64,000 bases of DNA from Albugo candida. Its lineage: Eukaryota. Below the pieces are notes generated by a model. The model was not told where the DNA came from. It worked only from the letters and a program-made list of their open reading frames with translations, and did not search any database. Made by a program: the position numbers and the translations under genes. The DNA lies in contig JBDOQK010000034.1 of the NCBI GenBank assembly GCA_040437565.1, positions 124,001-188,000 of the forward strand. The letters run 5' to 3'. Below are positions 58,466 to 64,000 of this stretch, one piece after another (the first letter of the stretch is position 1; each line of letters opens with the position of its first letter).

Positions 58466-58746
58466 TACTTTTCTTTTCCAGATGGAATAATGTCACATTT
58501 TCAACGAATCAGCTGTATCCTCGATGGATATTCAATCAATCCAAATGCATCAATCCGAATATTTGTACCATTGCAAATGCTCTGTGGGCGGTAAAATCCA
58601 ATCGAAATAGCCAAAGGAATGAATTATACCCAATCCGATTTAGTCTACAGCAAGTTTCTTTTCAACGGGAAAGTACATGCAAACAGCAAGTGTTTCTACA
58701 TCGCATTGTTGCATCGAGCACGTGAGAGACGAAGCACTGCACTTTG

Positions 58747-59529
58747 ATGAAGCAATTTGATGCCATCGAACTTATAAACCGATACGAGCTACCTCGCTTA
58801 CGGGATATGGAAGAAGGTGATGATGTTTTAGAATGGGTTGCATCATATGTTGGAAGTGAGGCGTTCCAAAACCGAGTTGAAAACTTTTGCGAAAATCACG
58901 CCGATAAATTCGTACTACTATCCTCCACAGAAACAGATGAGGAGGAGCTACTTTCAATAGAAAAGTGAGTGATTTAGTATCTCTTTTATGCGCTCTGAAG
59001 CCTGCAAATTCTAATACGTAGGAGTTGGCGTGAAACTCATCAGTCATTCCTCAGTCTGTGTGACTCGAGTATCGAAGGTACACGTCACGTTTGAATGAGA
59101 ATCGCCAATTCTGTAACTATTTGATAGAATTCTTGAGCGGAATCGGATATACTATGGAGCATTATCGGACAAGATGCCAAGAAGTAGGCGACTGAAAGCA
59201 GAGTGTTGAACGACTTACAGATAGGTTTGATGTAGGAAACATGCATTTCTGAGTCAAGACAACGACATACTCGACTTTCGTTTTTAGTACAAATACTTCA
59301 TGCATGCTTGGAATACGATCAGTTCCTGAATCTGATGCGGCGTGTCGTGGATCCAGATTACGATTTGAAGAGAGAACTCGCTTTGGCGGCTGAACAGATT
59401 TTGCAGGAAGACTCCGCATCGTCGAAGAAGGATCATGCGTCTAAATTTCTAGATTATTACCATGCCAATCCCAGCTCCGATTTCGAAGATCTCGAACGGA
59501 TGTTTTCAACTTTTGCATCGTTTGCTTGA
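58747..59529 (+). CDS. BART (ARL2-binding/CFAP36-like) domain protein, multi-exon; start at 58747 or 58807
   Basis: FQNRVENFCENHADKF, WRETHQSFLSLCDSSIE|EFL, QILHACLEYDQFLNLMR. A copy at 61796-62578 lies in the gap duplication. Confidence 0.7.
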
Positions 59530-59652
59530 ATACTGGCTTTCATTTTGCACAAATTAATAAATTACATTCATGAAATTACTCAAAGTTTGTCATTTTCTCA
59601 GTCCAACATTGATTCAAATCACCAACATTCTCAGGCTCTACTGTGATACAAA

Positions 59653-61638
59653 ATGCCCTTTTCTAGGAGCAGGAAGAAAGCTGCAAAATTGGCTCGGCTT
59701 TTATTGCTCAGTTGGGAAATCTACCGAGATGCTCGAACGCAGTCATCACAATTGAATGGCAATCGCAATACAAATCAATTCAGAGAAGGCGAAAATCTTG
59801 GACAAAGCTTCGTGCAGCCTTTTTCGAAAGCTTATTTTTTCCAAACAAAAGCTCGGCAAAAGCTTCTTTGTTACTACGTTGTGGAAAGTCGAGATGAGAA
59901 AGAGTATCTCAAGAATCACGCACTACCACTACCTGAACATTCTCTAGCAGAAGCATCGTGTCCTTTTGGAGATCTGGAGCTGAATACCTCGCTGGTAAAG
60001 AATTTGCTTCATTCTCAAATGTATGGCCATAACTGCTCACGAAGAACACAACTGGGTCTCTCTTTGCATTCGTCTTCGAATATGACGCATAATAAATCAA
60101 ACTTACAGGATGCCCCCACAACGCAAATCAAATCTTTAGGGGCCCCATTTGGTGCGGAATTCTATCCAAAAGCACTTTATGATATCACTTTCATACCGCT
60201 GAATGAGGAAAAGCTGAATGGAATCACGTTCGAGTTTGTCTTTCGACGTCACTCCACATCCAAAGAAGTTCTTTTCACGATACAAAATGAGTATAATCCG
60301 TGCTCAGGCCTCGGCTTCCAGCTTCAAATTGACGAGCATTCTACGTTGGTATTAGTCGTCAAGCAACCATCAACGGATTCTCTTTCGGAATGTAACGAGC
60401 TGAGATTTCGATCAAAAAACAGCTTCAAGAAATGCGCTGCACCAAGCATTGATAGCGCGTCAGAAGGTGTAGATACAAGGCCTGTCATCCATGTAATCAT
60501 CACATTTCATGCTCAGTCGAGCCTAAATGGGATTCTCTACAACACACACTTTTTCATTGATTATATGTCCTCCACCGCGACCCATTACACCTGTGATGTC
60601 CAAGATGAGCAGCTAGCGGCGTTGAATAATACATCAAACAGCATGGATGTGACGTATCGATTGTATGTCGGCACAGGCCCCACGGATGAGATGCATCAAA
60701 AGTATCACGTTCGCGGAATTCGACCGAGAGTCTATCGAGACCCACGAGCGATTGAGAAGGGAAGTCAGAGATCGGATGGAAATGAAGAAAATACCGCCAT
60801 TTTGCAGCTCAGGAAAACGCTACAGCATATTCTCGATAATATTGAAGGACCACGAATACCTGCCGCAGCTCGCCTTTTTGGACATCGGGCTTTTTCTCTT
60901 CAACTACTTGGCTGGAAATTTCCTGCTGTGAATGAGGACACTCCTTTTGCCTGGATTCGAGGTAAAATCAAGCAGTTCAAGGACGCTCATGGCACACAGG
61001 TTGTGGACATTATCGTTGAAATGCTTCTCAAAGCCGCAAGACTCAAGGCCAAACTGATTAGTAGCACATCTGAAAAGCTGGCGGAGGTCATTGGCGAGCG
61101 TTTGGGTACTATTGGGACTGAAAATACAACAGTCGAAAATCAAACCTTTGAGGAATCCAATTTTGATTTATTTGCTTTCGGACTATACGGTCAGATTCTG
61201 AGCGATGAAGAGATCAAACAATCTATGGATCACTTGTTACCGACTCGAAGCTCGCTAAGAGCTGAAATAACAGTGGATCTCCCTCCTGAGAACTGGATGC
61301 TTGTGGACTTTTCCACCATGAGTTCCGTGTTCACAAATATCTGTATAGAGTTACTGGACCCGCTCCCTGAGACCGGAAAGCTGATACTCTGGCCGAGTAA
61401 GACTCTGATCACGACGGGAAGTGGTCCAATGCATCGAGAGTTTATAGATGGACGCCACCATTCATCCGATCAAATGTACTTTATCCCAGTCCCATCACAG
61501 ACCTCACGTCAACGGATAGATCCTTCCATTCTTTTCGCACAATGTCAGACGGAAAGAATTCGGTCGGTGATGTGCGATCGCAACGAATTTGACTTTATTC
61601 CAACGGAAGAAGACCCATTCCAAAGAGCGATCAATGTT
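59653..61638 (+). CDS. Large hypothetical protein with a possible LamG/concanavalin-like domain; 3'-truncated by the gap
   Basis: Open frame of more than 660 codons. ITFEFVF, HVIITF, LYVG and FGLYGQILSDEEIKQ fit the LamG pattern. The copy from 62702 runs off the window. Confidence 0.65.
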
Positions 61639-64000
61639 NNNNNNNNNNNNNNNNNNNNNNNNNNNNNNNNNNNNNNNNNNNNNNNNNNNNNNNNNNNNNN
61701 NNNNNNNNNNNNNNNNNNNNNNNNNNNNNNNNNNNNNNGTGTTTCTACATCGCATTGTTGCATCGAGCACGTGAGAGACGAAGCACTGCACTTTGATGAA
61801 GCAATTTGATGCCATCGAACTTATAAACCGATACGAGCTACCTCGCTTACGGGATATGGAAGAAGGTGATGATGTTTTAGAATGGGTTGCATCATATGTT
61901 GGAAGTGAGGCGTTCCAAAACCGAGTTGAAAACTTTTGCGAAAATCACGCCGATAAATTCGTACTACTATCCTCCACAGAAACAGATGAGGAGGAGCTAC
62001 TTTCAATAGAAAAGTGAGTGATTTAGTATCTCTTTTATGCGCTCTGAAGCCTGCAAATTCTAATACGTAGGAGTTGGCGTGAAACTCATCAGTCATTCCT
62101 CAGTCTGTGTGACTCGAGTATCGAAGGTACACGTCACGTTTGAATGAGAATCGCCAATTCTGTAACTATTTGATAGAATTCTTGAGCGGAATCGGATATA
62201 CTATGGAGCATTATCGGACAAGATGCCAAGAAGTAGGCGACTGAAAGCAGAGTGTTGAACGACTTACAGATAGGTTTGATGTAGGAAACATGCATTTCTG
62301 AGTCAAGACAACGACATACTCGACTTTCGTTTTTAGTACAAATACTTCATGCATGCTTGGAATACGATCAGTTCCTGAATCTGATGCGGCGTGTCGTGGA
62401 TCCAGATTACGATTTGAAGAGAGAACTCGCTTTGGCGGCTGAACAGATTTTGCAGGAAGACTCCGCATCGTCGAAGAAGGATCATGCGTCTAAATTTCTA
62501 GATTATTACCATGCCAATCCCAGCTCCGATTTCGAAGATCTCGAACGGATGTTTTCAACTTTTGCATCGTTTGCTTGAATACTGGCTTTCATTTTGCACA
62601 AATTAATAAATTACATTCATGAAATTACTCAAAGTTTGTCATTTTCTCAGTCCAACATTGATTCAAATCACCAACATTCTCAGGCTCTACTGTGATACAA
62701 AATGCCCTTTTCTAGGAGCAGGAAGAAAGCTGCAAAATTGGCTCGGCTTTTATTGCTCAGTTGGGAAATCTACCGAGATGCTCGAACGCAGTCATCACAA
62801 TTGAATGGCAATCGCAATACAAATCAATTCAGAGAAGGCGAAAATCTTGGACAAAGCTTCGTGCAGCCTTTTTCGAAAGCTTATTTTTTCCAAACAAAAG
62901 CTCGGCAAAAGCTTCTTTGTTACTACGTTGTGGAAAGTCGAGATGAGAAAGAGTATCTCAAGAATCACGCACTACCACTACCTGAACATTCTCTAGCAGA
63001 AGCATCGTGTCCTTTTGGAGATCTGGAGCTGAATACCTCGCTGGTAAAGAATTTGCTTCATTCTCAAATGTATGGCCATAACTGCTCACGAAGAACACAA
63101 CTGGGTCTCTCTTTGCATTCGTCTTCGAATATGACGCATAATAAATCAAACTTACAGGATGCCCCCACAACGCAAATCAAATCTTTAGGGGCCCCATTTG
63201 GTGCGGAATTCTATCCAAAAGCACTTTATGATATCACTTTCATACCGCTGAATGAGGAAAAGCTGAATGGAATCACGTTCGAGTTTGTCTTTCGACGTCA
63301 CTCCACATCCAAAGAAGTTCTTTTCACGATACAAAATGAGTATAATCCGTGCTCAGGCCTCGGCTTCCAGCTTCAAATTGACGAGCATTCTACGTTGGTA
63401 TTAGTCGTCAAGCAACCATCAACGGATTCTCTTTCGGAATGTAACGAGCTGAGATTTCGATCAAAAAACAGCTTCAAGAAATGCGCTGCACCAAGCATTG
63501 ATAGCGCGTCAGAAGGTGTAGATACAAGGCCTGTCATCCATGTAATCATCACATTTCATGCTCAGTCGAGCCTAAATGGGATTCTCTACAACACACACTT
63601 TTTCATTGATTATATGTCCTCCACCGCGACCCATTACACCTGTGATGTCCAAGATGAGCAGCTAGCGGCGTTGAATAATACATCAAACAGCATGGATGTG
63701 ACGTATCGATTGTATGTCGGCACAGGCCCCACGGATGAGATGCATCAAAAGTATCACGTTCGCGGAATTCGACCGAGAGTCTATCGAGACCCACGAGCGA
63801 TTGAGAAGGGAAGTCAGAGATCGGATGGAAATGAAGAAAATACCGCCATTTTGCAGCTCAGGAAAACGCTACAGCATATTCTCGATAATATTGAAGGACC
63901 ACGAATACCTGCCGCAGCTCGCCTTTTTGGACATCGGGCTTTTTCTCTTCAACTACTTGGCTGGAAATTTCCTGCTGTGAATGAGGACACTCCTTTTGCC

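Larger units (their letters stand above)
58690..64000. repeat. Direct repeat 58690-60951 / 61739-64000 across a 100-N gap (second copy continues past the window)
   Basis: Identical ORFs recur at offset 3049. Confidence 0.92.

Noticed and set aside
61739-64000. Tandem duplication of the BART and LamG-like genes
   Set aside because: The copies look identical and abut a 100-N gap, like all the other gap repeats.

Overview
Very gene-dense eukaryotic DNA with about 36 protein-coding genes, very short GT-AG introns (about 37-81 nt) and intergenic gaps often under 100 bp. Oomycete-type families and retained flagellar genes (DNAL1, DNAAF6, KATNAL2, a BART-domain gene) suggest a compact zoospore-forming oomycete such as Albugo (inference). 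Most genes are housekeeping: FIP1, SAMDC, CDP-DAG synthase, prefoldin 3, eEF1B, AFG2/SPATA5, NF-YC, RRN7, PPAN, UTP14, MIOS, NASP and LIS1. All eight 100-N gaps are flanked by direct repeats, which are probably unmerged contig overlaps, so the apparent gene duplicates and chimeric ORFs there are treated as artefacts. The most notable observations are: (1) a 36-codon uORF ending Pro-Ala-stop 24 nt upstream of S-adenosylmethionine decarboxylase, a candidate polyamine-sensing leader peptide; (2) a cNMP-binding/CaMKK-like non-RD kinase/PP2C triple fusion; (3) a plant MKP1-like DSP-gelsolin phosphatase; (4) near-zero spacing between co-directional genes; (5) a twin-CX9C Emi1-like gene missing from the ORF track; (6) a GC-AG intron in LIS1; and (7) a frame break in MIOS. 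I recognised no tRNA, rRNA, CRISPR array or transposon.
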